Below are positions 1 to 12,774 of a DNA stretch of 64,000 nucleotides, one piece after another; the first letter of the stretch is position 1; every line of letters begins with the position of its first letter. Origin of the DNA: Chiloscyllium plagiosum (Eukaryota). The DNA lies in assembly GCF_004010195.1 (NCBI RefSeq), contig NC_057719.1, forward strand, positions 66,398,066 through 66,462,065, given 5' to 3'. The translations under genes were made by a program, and so were the position numbers. The notes beneath the pieces were generated by a model, which saw only the letters and a list, made by a program, of their open reading frames with translations, was not told the origin of the DNA and did no database searches.

Positions 1-419
1 AGACAGGGCCTATTTACTATGAACATTTCAGGTGCGCTCAGTGAGTGAATGCGAAGATGAAGCCTTGTTCAGTCCATGGGCTGGGTGCAGGTCTCGGTGT
101 CTGAAGTATCCTTGCTGTAACATTTTAATGTTAGCTGCCCAGTGTGCAGCATTGAAGTGTAACCGCATCTGGAGGGTTGGCATGAGGGTTCTGAGGGACT
201 GGTAGGTTTTTCCAGAGAGGCAGGCAGCAAGCTGCAGTCACCAAGTACCTGCTTTGACTTTCATGTCAGGAAATCTCCGCATCTCTTTTCCTTGCAGTAG
301 GTGACAGCATATTAACGTGGTGAGGTTTGGTATGAATGCAGATGTTAACCAGCAATAATTCTGAAAAATTGCAAGCCAGACTCTTGGCCTGACATAGTTA
401 GAAATTGCAACCAGTTAAA

Positions 420-3400
420 ATGGCCTTTAATAGAGTGATATGTACTTCTTGTCAGATTTGTGAGTTTTAAGGGTTACTGCGGATTATATCTACCATAAAT
501 GCTGCTGGCTGTGAATCTTATCAGATCGAATGGATCGGTTGGAGAGACAGTTAGAAGCCATGAGGGATTTGCAACAACAACAGTATGTGATGGATGGCAG
601 TTATCGGAAGGGGGGAAAGTCTCAGATACAGTCACATAGATGGGTTAACTCCAGGAAAGGTAAGAGGTAGGCAGCTAGTGCACGAGTCTTTTGTGGATAT
701 ACCCATTTCAAATAGGTATGCTGTTTTGGAAAATGTAGGGGTTAATGGATTCTCAGGGGAACGTAGCACCAACAGCCAAGTTTCTGGTATTGAGACGAGC
801 TCTAATGCAATGAGAGGTACGTCGGGTTCCAAGCGATCAATTGTGTCAGGGGATTCTCTAGTTCGAGATACAGACAGACATTTCTGTGGCCAGCAGCGAA
901 AAAGCAGGATGGTGTGTTGCTTCCCTGGTGCCAGGATCAAGGATGTCTGAGAGGGTGCAGAATGTTCTCACAGGGGAGAGGGTGCAGCAAGAGGCCATTG
1001 TCCTCATTGGAACCAACGACAGAGGAAGGGAAAAGGTTTAGATTCTGAAGGGAGATTACAGAGATCCAGGTAGAAATTTAAAAAGGTCTTCAAGGGTAGT
1101 AATATCTTGATTACTCCCAATGCTATGAGCTAGTGAGGGCACGAATAGGAGAATAAAGCAGATGAATGCATGGCTGAGGAGCTGGTGTTTGGGAGAAGGA
1201 TTCACATTTTTGGATCATTGGAATCTTTTTTGGGAAAGAAGTGACCTGTACAAGAAGGACTGATTGCACTTGAATTCGAAGGGGACTAATATACTGGCAG
1301 GGAGATTTGCTAGAGATACTCTGGAGAATTTAAACTAGTAAGGTGGGGGGTGGAGGGGTGGGTGGGACCGAGGGAGATAGTGAGGAAAGAGATCAATCCG
1401 AGACTGGTACAGTTGAGAACAGCAGCAAGTCAAACAGTCAGGGCAGGCAGGGACAAGGTAGGACTAATAAATTAAACTGCGTTTATATCAATGCAAGAGG
1501 CCTAACAGGGAAGGCAGATAAACTCAGGGGATGGTTAGGAATGTGGGACTGGGATATCATAGCAATTACAGAAACGTGGCTCAAGGATGGGCAGGACTGG
1601 CAGCTTAATGTTCCAGGATACAAATGCTACAGGAAGGAGAGAAAGGGAGGCAAGAGAGGAGGGGGAGTGGCAATTTTGATCAGGGATAGCATTACAGCTG
1701 TGCTGAGGGAGGATATTCCTGGAAATACATCCAGGGAAGTTATTTGGGTGGAACTGAGAAATAAAGGGATCATCAACTTATTGGGATTGTATTTTCAACT
1801 TTGGTCTCCAGCATCTGCGGTCCTCACTTCCTCCATTGTATTATTGACCCCCTAATAGTCAGAGGGAAATTGAGAAACAAACTTGTAAGGAGATCTCCGC
1901 TATCTGTAAAAATAATAGGGTGGTTATGGTAGGGGATTTTAACTTTCCAAACATCAACTGGCATTGTGTTTAGGGTTTAGATGGACAGGAATTTCGTATG
2001 TCTGTACAAGACAATTTTCTGATTCAGTATGTGGATGTACCAACTAGAGAACTAGAGAAGGTGCAAAACTTGACCTACTCTTGGGAAATAAGGCAGGGCA
2101 GGTGACTGAGGTGTCAGTGGGGGACCACGTTGGGGCCAGCGACCATAATTCTATTAGATTTAAAATAATGATGGAAAAGGATAGACCAGATCTAAAAGTT
2201 GAAGTTCTAAATTGGAGAAAGGGCAATTTTGATGGTGTTGGGCAAGAATATTCAAAAGCTGATTGGGGGCAGATGTTTGCAGGTAAAGGGATGGCTAGAA
2301 AATGGGAAGCCTTCAGAAATGAGATAACAAGAATCCAGAGAAAGTATGTTTCTGTTAGGGTGAAAGGGAAGGCTGGTAGGTATAGGGGATGCTGGATGAC
2401 TAAAGAAATTGAGGGTTTGGTTAAGAAAAAGAAGGAAGCATCTGTAAGGTATAGAGAGGATAGATTGAGTGAATCCTTAGAGTAGAAAGGAAGTAGGAGT
2501 TACTTAAGAGGGCAATCGGGAGGGCAAAAAGGGGACATGAGATAGCTTTGGCAAATAGAATTAAGGAGAATCCAAAGAGTCTTTACAAACACATTAAGGA
2601 CAAAAGTGTAACTAAGAGAATAGGGCCCCTCAAAGTTCAGCAAGGTGGCCTTTGTAAGGAGCTGCAGAAAATGGGGCAGATATTTTTGAGTATTTTTGCA
2701 TCAGTATTTACTGTGGAAAAGAATATAGAAGATATAGACTGTGTAGGGAAATAGATGGTGACATCTTGCAAAATGTCCATATTACAGAGGAGGAAGTGCT
2801 GGATGACTTGAAATGCATAAAAGTGGATAAATCTCTAGGACCTGATCGGGTGTACCCTAGAACTCTGTGGGAAGCAAGAGAAGTGATTGCTGGGCCTCTT
2901 GCTGAAATATCTGTATCATCGATAGTCACCGGTGAGGTGCCAGAAGACTGGAGGTTGGCTAATGTGGTGCCACTGTTTAAGAAGAGTGGTAAGGACAAGC
3001 CAGGGAACTATAGACCGGTGAGCCTGGCGTCGGGGGTGGGCAAGTTGTTGGAGGGAATCCTGAGGAACAGGATGTACATGTATTTGGAAAGGCAAGGACT
3101 GATTAGTGATAGTCAGTATGGTTTTGTGTGTGGGAAATCATGTCTCTCAAACTTGAAGGAGTTTTTTGAGGAAATAACAGAGGATTGATGAGGGCGGAGT
3201 GATAGATGTGATCTATATAGACTTCAGTATGGCGTTCAACAAGGTTCCCCATGGGAAGGTTAGATCTCATGGAGTACAGGGAGAACTAGCCATTTGGATA
3301 CAGAACTGGCTCAAAGGTAGAAGACAGAGGGTGGTGGTGGGGGGTTGTTTTTCAGACTGGAGGACTGTGACCAGTGGAGTGCCGCAGGATTGGTGCTGGG

Positions 3401-4158
3401 TCTTCTACTTTTGTCATTTGCATAAATGATTTGGATGTGAGCATAACAGGTACAGTTAATAAATTTGCAGATGACACCAAAATTGGAGGTGTAGTGGACA
3501 GCGAAGGGGGTCACCTCAGATTACAACAGGATCTGGACCAAGGTGTTTAGTATGCTTTCCTTTATTGGTCAGAGTATTGAGTACAGGAGTTGAGAGGTCA
3601 TGTTGTGGCTGTACAGGACATTGGTTAGGCCCCTGTTGGAATATTGCGTACAATTCTGGTCTCCTTCCTATTGGAAAGATGTTGTGAAACTTGTAAATCT
3701 TTTCTGAACCTTTTCAAGGATGTTGCCAGGGTTGGAGGATTTGAGCTATAGGGAGAGGCTGAACAGGCTGGGGCTGTTTTTTCGAGTGTCGGAGGCTGAG
3801 GGGTGACCTTATAGAGGCTTACAAAATTGAGGGTCATGGATCGGGTAAATAGGCAAAGTCTTTTCCCTGGGATCAGGGAGTCCACAACTAGAGAGCATAG
3901 GTTGAGGGTGAGAGAGGAAAGATATAAAAAATATCTACGGGCAACTTTTCCAGAGAGTGGTACAGCTGCCAGAGGAAGTGGTGGAGGCTGGTACAATTGC
4001 AACATTTAAGAGGCATTTGGATGGGTATATGAATAGGAAGGGTTTGGATGGATATGGGCCAGGTGCTGGCAGGTGGGACTAGATTGGGTTGAGATATCTG
4101 GTCAGCATGGATGAGTTGGACCGAAGGGTCTGTTTCCATGCTCTACATCTGACTCTAT
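420..4158 (+). mobile_element. Near full-length decayed CR1 LINE (ORF1 with CxxC motifs and SGNH esterase-like domain; ORF2 AP endonuclease + reverse transcriptase)
   Basis: ATG at 420 (MAFNRVICTSCQ); IVSGDSLVR..VCCFPGARIKDV; EN motifs YINARGL and IAITETWL; RT motifs [21 protein letters not shown] and KFADDTKIG; CR1 3' tail at ~4120-4158; many stops/frameshifts and an internal deletion near 3540. Confidence 0.95.
1794..1834 (+). mobile_element. 41-bp PLE-terminus fragment inserted into the CR1 endonuclease region
   Basis: Reverse complement closely matches ggagaaagtgagg.ctgcagatgctggaga seen at 22790 and 59563; flanked by attgtatt at 1786-1793 and 1835-1842. Confidence 0.75.
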
Positions 4159-4879
4159 GCTCCTGAAATTGGGATAGGACTCACTGGACCTCTTGCACAA
4201 TTTGCCCAGCTGTCGCGCTGTAGCCCACATTGTCCATGTCCGAATAAAATTCAGCCCCTTGTGCCGGTAAAATATTACAACTGTTTCACGTTTATTGCTT
4301 GAAGGTTTTATGCCAATACAGCTTGCCGTATTTGAGTGCTAGTTGGTGAATTAAAATAAAATGTTTTCCCAAGGTCAAATTATTCTAACTTTAACACTAC
4401 ATCTATTCTTTTTTTCTTCACTCACTGAAGTAAATGCACTTCTGTAAATTCTGTTTACATAGACTCAGAAACATTAGTAAGCATGGTTTAAATCTGATGG
4501 GAGATATCATCAAAATGAAAGAGTATGTTTCCTGCTGTGACTTTTCACTCTGTAAACATTTGGATGTTTACTTTGCAAAATGAAGCAATCCCATTCTCAG
4601 CAAATCGTAATTGATTAGTTTTAGTGCTGGGGTCAAGTCATTTTAAAGAAATGGAGCAGCTCTTCCTGGTGTGTGAAAGTCTGTTTGGATTTCTTCAGCC
4701 TAGTACAACATCTGAAGTGATAACAGGCAAGGAATTCTGAAAAAACAGACTAAGTATTAACTCTGTTTTACTCTCCAAAGGTGCTACCAGACCTGCTGAG
4801 TTTCTTCAGCATTCTTTTTTTGTTTCAGACTTCCAACATGTTGGTTTTATCAGGCAGAGAGATTGTGTTTTTTTTAAAT

Positions 4880-5154
4880 TGACTCATGATGTGGGCATCT
4901 CTGGCTAGAGCCATGTGACATGTAGGCCAGGCCAGGTGAGGATGGGCACTCTCCTTCCCTGAGGGACATTGGCAAACCAGATGGGTTTATTCCAAACAAT
5001 TGCCAATGGTTTCAGGCTCATTATTTGACCCTTAATTCCAGATTATTTTTTATTGAATTCACATTCACCATGGTGGGACTTGAACCCAGATTCCATTAAT
5101 GGAGTCTTTTGGATTAATAATCTACCAATAATACGACTAGGCCATTGCCTCCCT
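4880..5154 (-). mobile_element. Decayed tRNA-derived SINE (family whose tail resembles LINE family B)
   Basis: Reverse complement begins with ggaggcaatggcctagtcg (A-box-like) and contains ctgggttcaagtccc (B-box); similar to copies at 50870-51530. Confidence 0.6.
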
Positions 5155-5644
5155 GGCTTTGAACACTGGAGATGGAGTCCACCTAATGTCTTTTTTTAAA
5201 CATTAATGGATAGGAAATCTGGAACATTTGAACAAATATATGCCCACCCCCTCCCATTGTCCCTAAGTGCTCTAGAAAATAACAAACCAAGTAAACACTG
5301 ACCATGTGCTTGTCAGAGATGCCACTACATCTGGATACAATTAATGCACATAGCATGGAACCAATTTCACATTGAATAAGTGAAACAATTTTTGAATTTT
5401 GATATATGCTTAATTTTTGCATGATTGTGAACTATAATCACATGCTCACCAGAGTAAATTATTGTCTTTGAAGAAACTGAGATTTGCCAGACAATTTCTT
5501 CACATTTTGAATCCATGTTAACTGATTGTTATTTATACAGATGAATTCAGGTTTACACTCAGCAAGTTATTCAATTTTATTTTGCAAGCAACAAAAATAA
5601 GAATGAATGTACAGTTGCCCATGTCTGTTTCATCATCCTTCCTC

Positions 5645-5763
5645 TAGGGCTTTTGCCTGAAACGTCGATTTCGAAGCTCCTTGGATGCTGCCTGAACTGT
5701 TGAGCTCTTCCAGCACCACTAATCCAAAATCTGGTTTCCAGCATCTGCAGTCATTGTTTTTAC
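5645..5763 (+). mobile_element. Short PLE-terminus insert with truncated hammerhead
   Basis: gggcttttgcctGAAACGTCg...gatgctgcctgaactg...ccagcatctgcag; 11-bp duplication catccttcctc at 5634-5644 and 5764-5774. Confidence 0.7.
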
Positions 5764-6419
5764 CATCCTTCCTCATTAGTCTGTTGTCAATCTTCTGATA
5801 CTGCTAGGGCATTCACTGGCTCCCTAATAATGAGTCAGTGTTTCAGAAAATCCTCTCTTAGTCTCTTCCAGCATTTCTGAAGTCTGTACGAATTCATGTT
5901 CTTCATGTGGGACTTTGTATGTCAGCAAACTTTTTCACATTGAGTTCATTCACATTCTCAATCCAATGCTCATTGTATCGGTGAACTCCATTTACATCCA
6001 ATAAATCGAAAGCTTGGCCCATTCTCATTTCTACCTATTTAAACTTTGGCTCCACTTTGTAAGCTGTTTGTGGCTTTCTTATGCTTTTCATTAATTCATC
6101 TATTGACCAAGAACTTCTCAATTTTCAGTGTAACAAACACATGCAAACAGATATCTCTCAAACACTGAACAAAGATGACAGTGCCTTTATTCAGCTTGTA
6201 TTTACACACAATGCTTCGAACACAATTTACCCAAATGCTAGGAAACAAGTGATTCTGAATCAAGCTATTTCCCCAATTACTTTTGAAATAAACAATTGAT
6301 TTAAGAATTCTGTATTTTTGTGCAAAGTACCACACATTCTGTTATCAATTCTTTGTGAGCTATTAACCTTAATTTTACATCTTGTAAGAAGTTGATTTTT
6401 CTCTAGACTGAGACCTAGA

Positions 6420-6945
6420 TTTGAAGGGGGAAATTTTAGGAACAGGAATAAGCCATTCTGTCCATCAAGTTCTCCCGGCCATTCATTATGTTCATAGCTG
6501 ACCAAACACTTCAATGCCTTTTACTCACCACATCTCCATAACCCTGTAGACCACCAGTAATCGGAAATCTATCAATATCTCCCTTACACATACTCCGAGA
6601 ATGAGATCCCACAGTCCTCCATGGTAGAGAATTTCAAAAGGTTCACAATTCTCATTTCTGATCTGAGTGGCATCTCCTTATTTTTAAATTTATCCCCGAT
6701 TCTGGACTCTCCTACCAGGGGGAAGCATCTTATCAACATCATCCTGTTCACCCTCTAATATTTTAAAGGTTTCAACGAGATCCTCCTCATTCTTCAAAAC
6801 TCTAGAGAACACAGGCCCAGTTTGCCCATAGGACACTCCTGTCAGTCTGATGAGCCTTTTATTGAACTCCCTCTATAGCGATAATATCTTTCCCGAGTAA
6901 AAGCACAGGTATTCCAGATGTGGCCTAACCAAGCTCCTGTACATG
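6420..6945 (-). mobile_element. Old degenerate CR1-like LINE 3' fragment
   Basis: Degenerate similarity to CR1 3' RT/UTR on the minus strand (ctcattcttcaaaactctagaga, cacaggtattccagatgtggcctaacc). Confidence 0.55.
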
Positions 6946-7296
6946 AAGTGAGATTCGACAAACTAAGGTTATGCACCCTTTGGATTTAGTAGGCAATAGG
7001 ATGATTTGATCAAAGGTTTCAAGATATTGAGGGAAATAGATTGGGTAGATTATAATAAATCTACTCTCTGGGGAATGGTCAGAAAATTCACCAGACCTGT
7101 TTCAGGAGTGAAACGAGGAAACATTTTTTCACACAAAGATGTTTAGAACACTTGTACAAAAATGGCAATCGATGCCAGAGCAATTTTCATTACTGAGATT
7201 GATGGACTTTATTAGGCAACTATATTTAGAAATATAGCACAAATACAAGGGGTAGATGAATAAAAATATATATTAAACTCCTATCACCTCCAAATT

Positions 7297-7796
7297 NNNN
7301 NNNNNNNNNNNNNNNNNNNNNNNNNNNNNNNNNNNNNNNNNNNNNNNNNNNNNNNNNNNNNNNNNNNNNNNNNNNNNNNNNNNNNNNNNNNNNNNNNNNN
7401 NNNNNNNNNNNNNNNNNNNNNNNNNNNNNNNNNNNNNNNNNNNNNNNNNNNNNNNNNNNNNNNNNNNNNNNNNNNNNNNNNNNNNNNNNNNNNNNNNNNN
7501 NNNNNNNNNNNNNNNNNNNNNNNNNNNNNNNNNNNNNNNNNNNNNNNNNNNNNNNNNNNNNNNNNNNNNNNNNNNNNNNNNNNNNNNNNNNNNNNNNNNN
7601 NNNNNNNNNNNNNNNNNNNNNNNNNNNNNNNNNNNNNNNNNNNNNNNNNNNNNNNNNNNNNNNNNNNNNNNNNNNNNNNNNNNNNNNNNNNNNNNNNNNN
7701 NNNNNNNNNNNNNNNNNNNNNNNNNNNNNNNNNNNNNNNNNNNNNNNNNNNNNNNNNNNNNNNNNNNNNNNNNNNNNNNNNNNNNNNNNNNNNNNN
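7297..7796. other. Assembly gap (500 N)
   Basis: Run of N. Confidence 1.
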
Positions 7797-8019
7797 ATTT
7801 CTTAGCCTTTTCCTTTTCTTGCCCAGGACCACAGTCAAGGGCTCTGTCAACGCAAAGTGGAAGGGAATTCTCTGATCGAAAAGAGAAGAGAATGACTAAG
7901 TGCTTATTGGAGATTCTGTATCAATGATGGGAATTCTTGGAATTCCAATAGGTGGAAATATTGAAGTAGGGGAAATACAAGGCAGCATTTAATGCCCCCT
8001 CATGGGATGTTTAGACATA

Positions 8020-8580
8020 TTAACACATGGAATAAGGGAGAAGTAAGTCATTCAGTCCCTTGAGGCCCTTCCAGTGTTCATAAATATCATGGCTGGTCTG
8101 TTTTTGTTTTGAATTCCACATTCCCAGCTCCCCTCATTAACCATTGATTTTCCCCTACCTTTCTACAATCTATTCATCTCTGCCTTAAAAACATTAATTG
8201 ACCCTGTTTCCACTGACATTTGAGGCAAACAGTTCCAAAGTGTCTCAATCTTCAGAGAGAAAGAAAGTCTCTTTATTTCTATCCTAAATGGATAACACCT
8301 AATTTTAAAACCGTATCTGTAAATTATGGACGTACCCATAAGAGCAAACCACTGTCCACTTTGTCAAAACCATTCAGGAGCTTAGATACTTCAATAAAAT
8401 CACCTCTCATGCTTGTCAACTCCAGTCAAAATGGTTCTAGCCTCTCTATCTTATCCTCACAAAGCAAGCTACTCATTCTAGGCATCAATCTGATAAATTC
8501 TTGTGAACCATCTATGACATATTGAGATTCTTCCAGGGATAAGGCGATCAAAATTGCACACAGTGTTTGAGATGCGGAGT
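8020..8580 (-). mobile_element. Old degenerate CR1-like LINE 3' fragment
   Basis: Same degenerate CR1 3' pattern as 6420-6945. Confidence 0.5.
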
Positions 8581-10149
8581 TGAACTGTACATTTTCTTAG
8601 GCTAAGTGCAAATAGTGTCCTGTATATTGGAGGGATTTTCACCAAGAGGTTGAGCAAGTCTAATCGCTAAATCTTACCAAACGTGTTACATTAATCGCTG
8701 TTTGAGACCTCGCAGTGTGTACCACATCCAAATTCCACCTGATCTTGTCATTGTGCCACTGACAGAACAACTTGCCAATCACTGGGATACTCTGGAACTG
8801 ACGCAGGTGCCACCTACTGTATAAAACACTGCAGTACACCTGGGCAAGCACTGTTGGTCTAGAACTGCCCTGCACTGTTCCCAAACATTGCCCCAGACAT
8901 GGCAGACAGGGATAAATCTACCACTTTTCAGTCAGGATCCTGGAGCTCACACTGGATGGGGTGGGTGCACAAGTGCGATGTCCTCCTCCTCCATTCATGG
9001 AGATTGACAACACCAGAACACACCAGTCTAGTCTCAGGGTGCCAACGTCTACTCTGGTTAGGTTGGATAAGATGACTAGATTTTGTCAAATCCAGGCCAC
9101 ATTGATCAGACCAAGATTCATGAAATCTGAGAGATCATGTGATTACACTTCAATCCAGTTTAGTCCCTCCTGGAGCTTTTATTGAGTGTTTTTTCAATAT
9201 AGAGCTACACTACCTACTGCACATCTTCAATTGTCAGGTGACCAAGAGACAATGTCAACATAAAACTAGGATAGTGAATAGGCTGACTGCTGTATCTTCT
9301 CTGTTTACCATTTACCTCCGGTTACCATTTTGCTGCTGCATTGTTCTCATTGCCAATCATTTAAAGATGGTCTTAGTAAGAGAAAATTGAAAGACCGGTC
9401 AGTTGAACGATGTGAGGACACCAGGACATTTAATGAAAATCTGCAACTGTACCAGAAAAATAGAGCCGTCTGGTCACCCTATCATTATTGTCAATAAACA
9501 ATGAGGCTCTAGCTCTCCATTGCATTTTTGTCAGTTTAGAAGAAAGAAAGCTCTGATACAGGTGGAAAGTTTAACATGTGATCCAAAATTGGGATAAGAA
9601 GCATACTGGGTAATCAAGGTTACATTGTCATCCCATTAAGACTAAATATCCACCAGTAAACTTGAACCAGCCGAGAGCATTTTGAGCAGAAAGCATTTAT
9701 TGAAACAAATTCTGTGCACGACTTTGCCCAAAACCAGGTGTTTTTAAATTTAGGGGATTTTTTTTAATGTTGTAGTATAAGCCATGAACTTAAAACTTAA
9801 TAGATGTTGATTTTTTTCATCCAAACTCAGTAAGTATTTACAAAGTCAGGAGCTGCCCATACTTCAAACATGAACCATCCCACTCTTAGTCAGTGTGGAA
9901 AAAAAAATTGCACCGTTGATCATTTGTACACTGCTCGTTTACTAATCCATTGATCTTCACTGTCTGCTTTTTGTTTCTAGGGTCAATGCTCACTCATTCT
10001 TATCTTATGCCCATTTACTTTTAAGCCAGAACGTCTAGTTACACTTGAACTATGATTTATTCTGATTTCTTAGGTAAGACGATCATTCTATTTATAGCAA
10101 AAAAAAACTGCTCACCAAGTTCCAGCTGAAACAAATGATTTCATATTCT

Positions 10150-11181
10150 CCTTTTTAAACTGCAGTGCGTATCATACTGATTACATTGCTGACACTACAG
10201 TTGCTCAGTTACGCGCACTGTCTGTGAACTCACTACTAACATAGTTCATGTTGGGTGCGGTGTTTTGATAAGTACCTGCCTGGACTGCGGAAGTAGCTGA
10301 GAGTCAGAGGAGAAACATGAAACCAGTGCTGAGGGCTTTCTTGCCTCACAGTAAAGCCGGAAACCTGCGTTACAGCTGAAGGGCTGGAACTGCCGGGGGA
10401 GGAGAGTTACTTGCACTCTCTCATTCTCTCTCGAGAACTTTCCAACTGCATTCCCCTGAGTGAAGAGTCATCTTGTCTTTTCAGGCCTGTTGAACAACAC
10501 CTTTACTATGCCGGAAAACTGATGGCTGTTTGGGATACTTGTAGAAGCCTGTTCAGTCGTAGCCTCCCGAGATTTCTGGTTCCGGAATGCCTGTAAAGAA
10601 AGTCGAGAGACTGGAGAAAGCACAGGAAAGATGTTTTCTGAAGTTTATCCCTGGTTTGGCATTGCGCTCGAGCATTCGCTGACTTGGATTCTGACAGTTT
10701 TGAGTTTACTTTACAAATTCAGGCCTTCTCATAGTTATTCCGCTGAATAGTTTTTCTGTTGATTTTGAGAGGAGCAAGTTTATCTTTAAATGTTGTATCA
10801 CAAAAACTGGATTAAGTTGCCTTCATATTAAGAGAAATTTGAAGTAGATTTAAGATGAAGTAAGTTTTAGTTTTGTTGTTTTAGTTAGGAACATAATATA
10901 GCTTTATATAAGCTTCAGAGGTCTATAGTGTGGAAAATAGCTTGCATATGTTTAAAGACACAGCTTGCAGTAAGTGCATATAGATTTTGTTTTGGTTCTG
11001 AGGACACAATGATCTAAGAGCAGATTGAGAAGGATCAAATTTCATTTCAGACATTGATTTGGCAATTGCACAAATTATAAATCTGATAATCTGTCAGCAG
11101 TTGATAGACAAGATGCCCTAAACTCATTAACCAGACAAATACTTTCGGAGAGGGGAGTAACCATCAATACATAGCAGCAGA
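10150..11181 (+). promoter_or_regulatory. Probable promoter/5'UTR of the FMN1 short (isoform-IV-like) transcript
   Basis: No recognisable repeats for ~1 kb directly upstream of the first coding exon; locally raised CpG at 10210-10690 with ETS-like CGGAA motifs; transcription start cannot be determined from sequence. Confidence 0.45.
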
Positions 11182-12621
11182 ATGATGGAGAATGTAAACA
11201 GTGGAAATGGTGCTGCAGTGGGACCTACAGAGGATTCAGCAACACCAGCAGCAGAGCGTTCTGCATCCTTATTTTCTTCTTTTTCAATGAAAATGCCATT
11301 CCTGGGACGACGGAGCGGGATTAAATCTGTCTCGGAAACAACACAGCAAAACAATGACCAGAGAGGTGCACGGTTGACTTTCTTTCGATCTTTAGATGCC
11401 AATGAATCTGATGGAAATATGGAGAAGGATATTGCAGTTGTCTCTGACAAAGTTATTGATGAAGTGAAAGAGGCAGCAAAGCAAGCTGATGAGAGAGTGG
11501 TCGAGGACCAATCAACAGATCTCAACATTCCGATTGAAAGCACTGAAAAGGGAAATGAAGAATCCTGTGCCCCTGAAAGTTCTTTGGAATCCCGCGCTCT
11601 CACAAATCTGTCAGGCATGGACCAAGATGAAGGTACAGTACGTGTCATTCTTGTTCAAACAACAAGTGACGCTGAGTCAGAGGAAGAAGCTGGATCAGCA
11701 GAACAACAAATCCATGAGACTGAGGTTCCATTGTCAGTTGATGAAAATTCAAAGCACATTTTGGAACAAAACCTGCCAAAGGATAATGAGCTTACGTCAA
11801 GTCAGCAACAAGAAAACATTGTTGTAGCTGATGAGGCAAAGGCACTTTCTGAACTCAGATTGTCACAAGAGGATTTAATGTCACAAGTGGAACTCCGTAA
11901 AGATCTTACTGAAACCTCTAACGATGGAAACAATGAAACAGAGCAAAATTCATTGGAGGAGTCAAGCAAAGATCTAATATCATCAACATCAACTGCTGAC
12001 TCTAACAATGTTCCCAATCAAGAAATTCTACCATCACAAACAGAACGGACATTTCAAATGCCTCCCCTGTTTAGTGGATTACGGTTACTAAAGAAAGGTG
12101 CTAAAGGTGAGGACAAGGATACTGTTGCGGAGATCAAACAGAAGGATGTGGATTTAGCAATGTTAAAGTTGACTACACCAGGTCAAAAATCTGCAGCCAA
12201 ACTCTTAACAGAATCTTTCCCAAAGAGGAAAGATGACAGGAAACCACCAGAGCTGAAAACAAATTCTGGTTTTTTGGATCAACTCAGTCAGCTAATCTTT
12301 GATGTCCCAAAAATTGAAGATAAAGTGGATACGTCTGGCCAACAATCTCAACACGCCATCACCACTAATGAAACATCGCCACCAGAGCAGGCACCAGTGG
12401 TAGCTTCTCAGTCTGCTACTTCTGAGACTGCTTTGGAGAGTTTCAGATCATTCTTTATGGCAAAACCTAGCAAGAGGGATGCAACTAAGTCAGCAGAACT
12501 GGAAAATTTGAAAAGGAGGAAAAAGCAAGAGAAGGAGTCACTCAGGGCAATTTTTGAAAGGCCTTTCGCAAAACAACCATTTGAGCAGAAACACCAGTTG
12601 GGATCTACAGAATTAAAATCC
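11182..12621 (+). CDS. FMN1: Formin-1, alternative first coding exon (isoform-IV-like N-terminus)
   Basis: MENV start with in-frame TAA upstream at 11158; blocks matching recalled mammalian FMN1: LVQTTSD, FQMPPLFSGLRLLKKGA, EIKQKDVDLAMLKLT, LDQLSQL, ETALESFRSFF, ELENLKRRKKQEKESLRAIFER; phase-0 donor TCC|gtatgt at 12621/12622. Confidence 0.93.
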
Positions 12622-12774
12622 GTATGTAGAAAAATATTTATAAAGATATAATGTATTAGCAAATGTTTCAGACTGTGTTACAATCAATTACTGAATAATT
12701 TAAAATGTTTTAGTGTTTTCTTTGAAAGAAAAACATCCGTATTATAGAAAACACTTTTCATGAGATCTGGATGT

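Noticed and set aside
7284..7850. 188-aa ORF
   Set aside because: Artefact of the 500-N assembly gap
9236..9481. Possible hAT-type MITE (caggtgacca...tggtcaccct)
   Set aside because: The terminal repeat match is short and imperfect and no target-site duplication is visible
11127..12662. Antisense and alternate-frame ORFs over the FMN1 exon
   Set aside because: Shadows of the real coding frame
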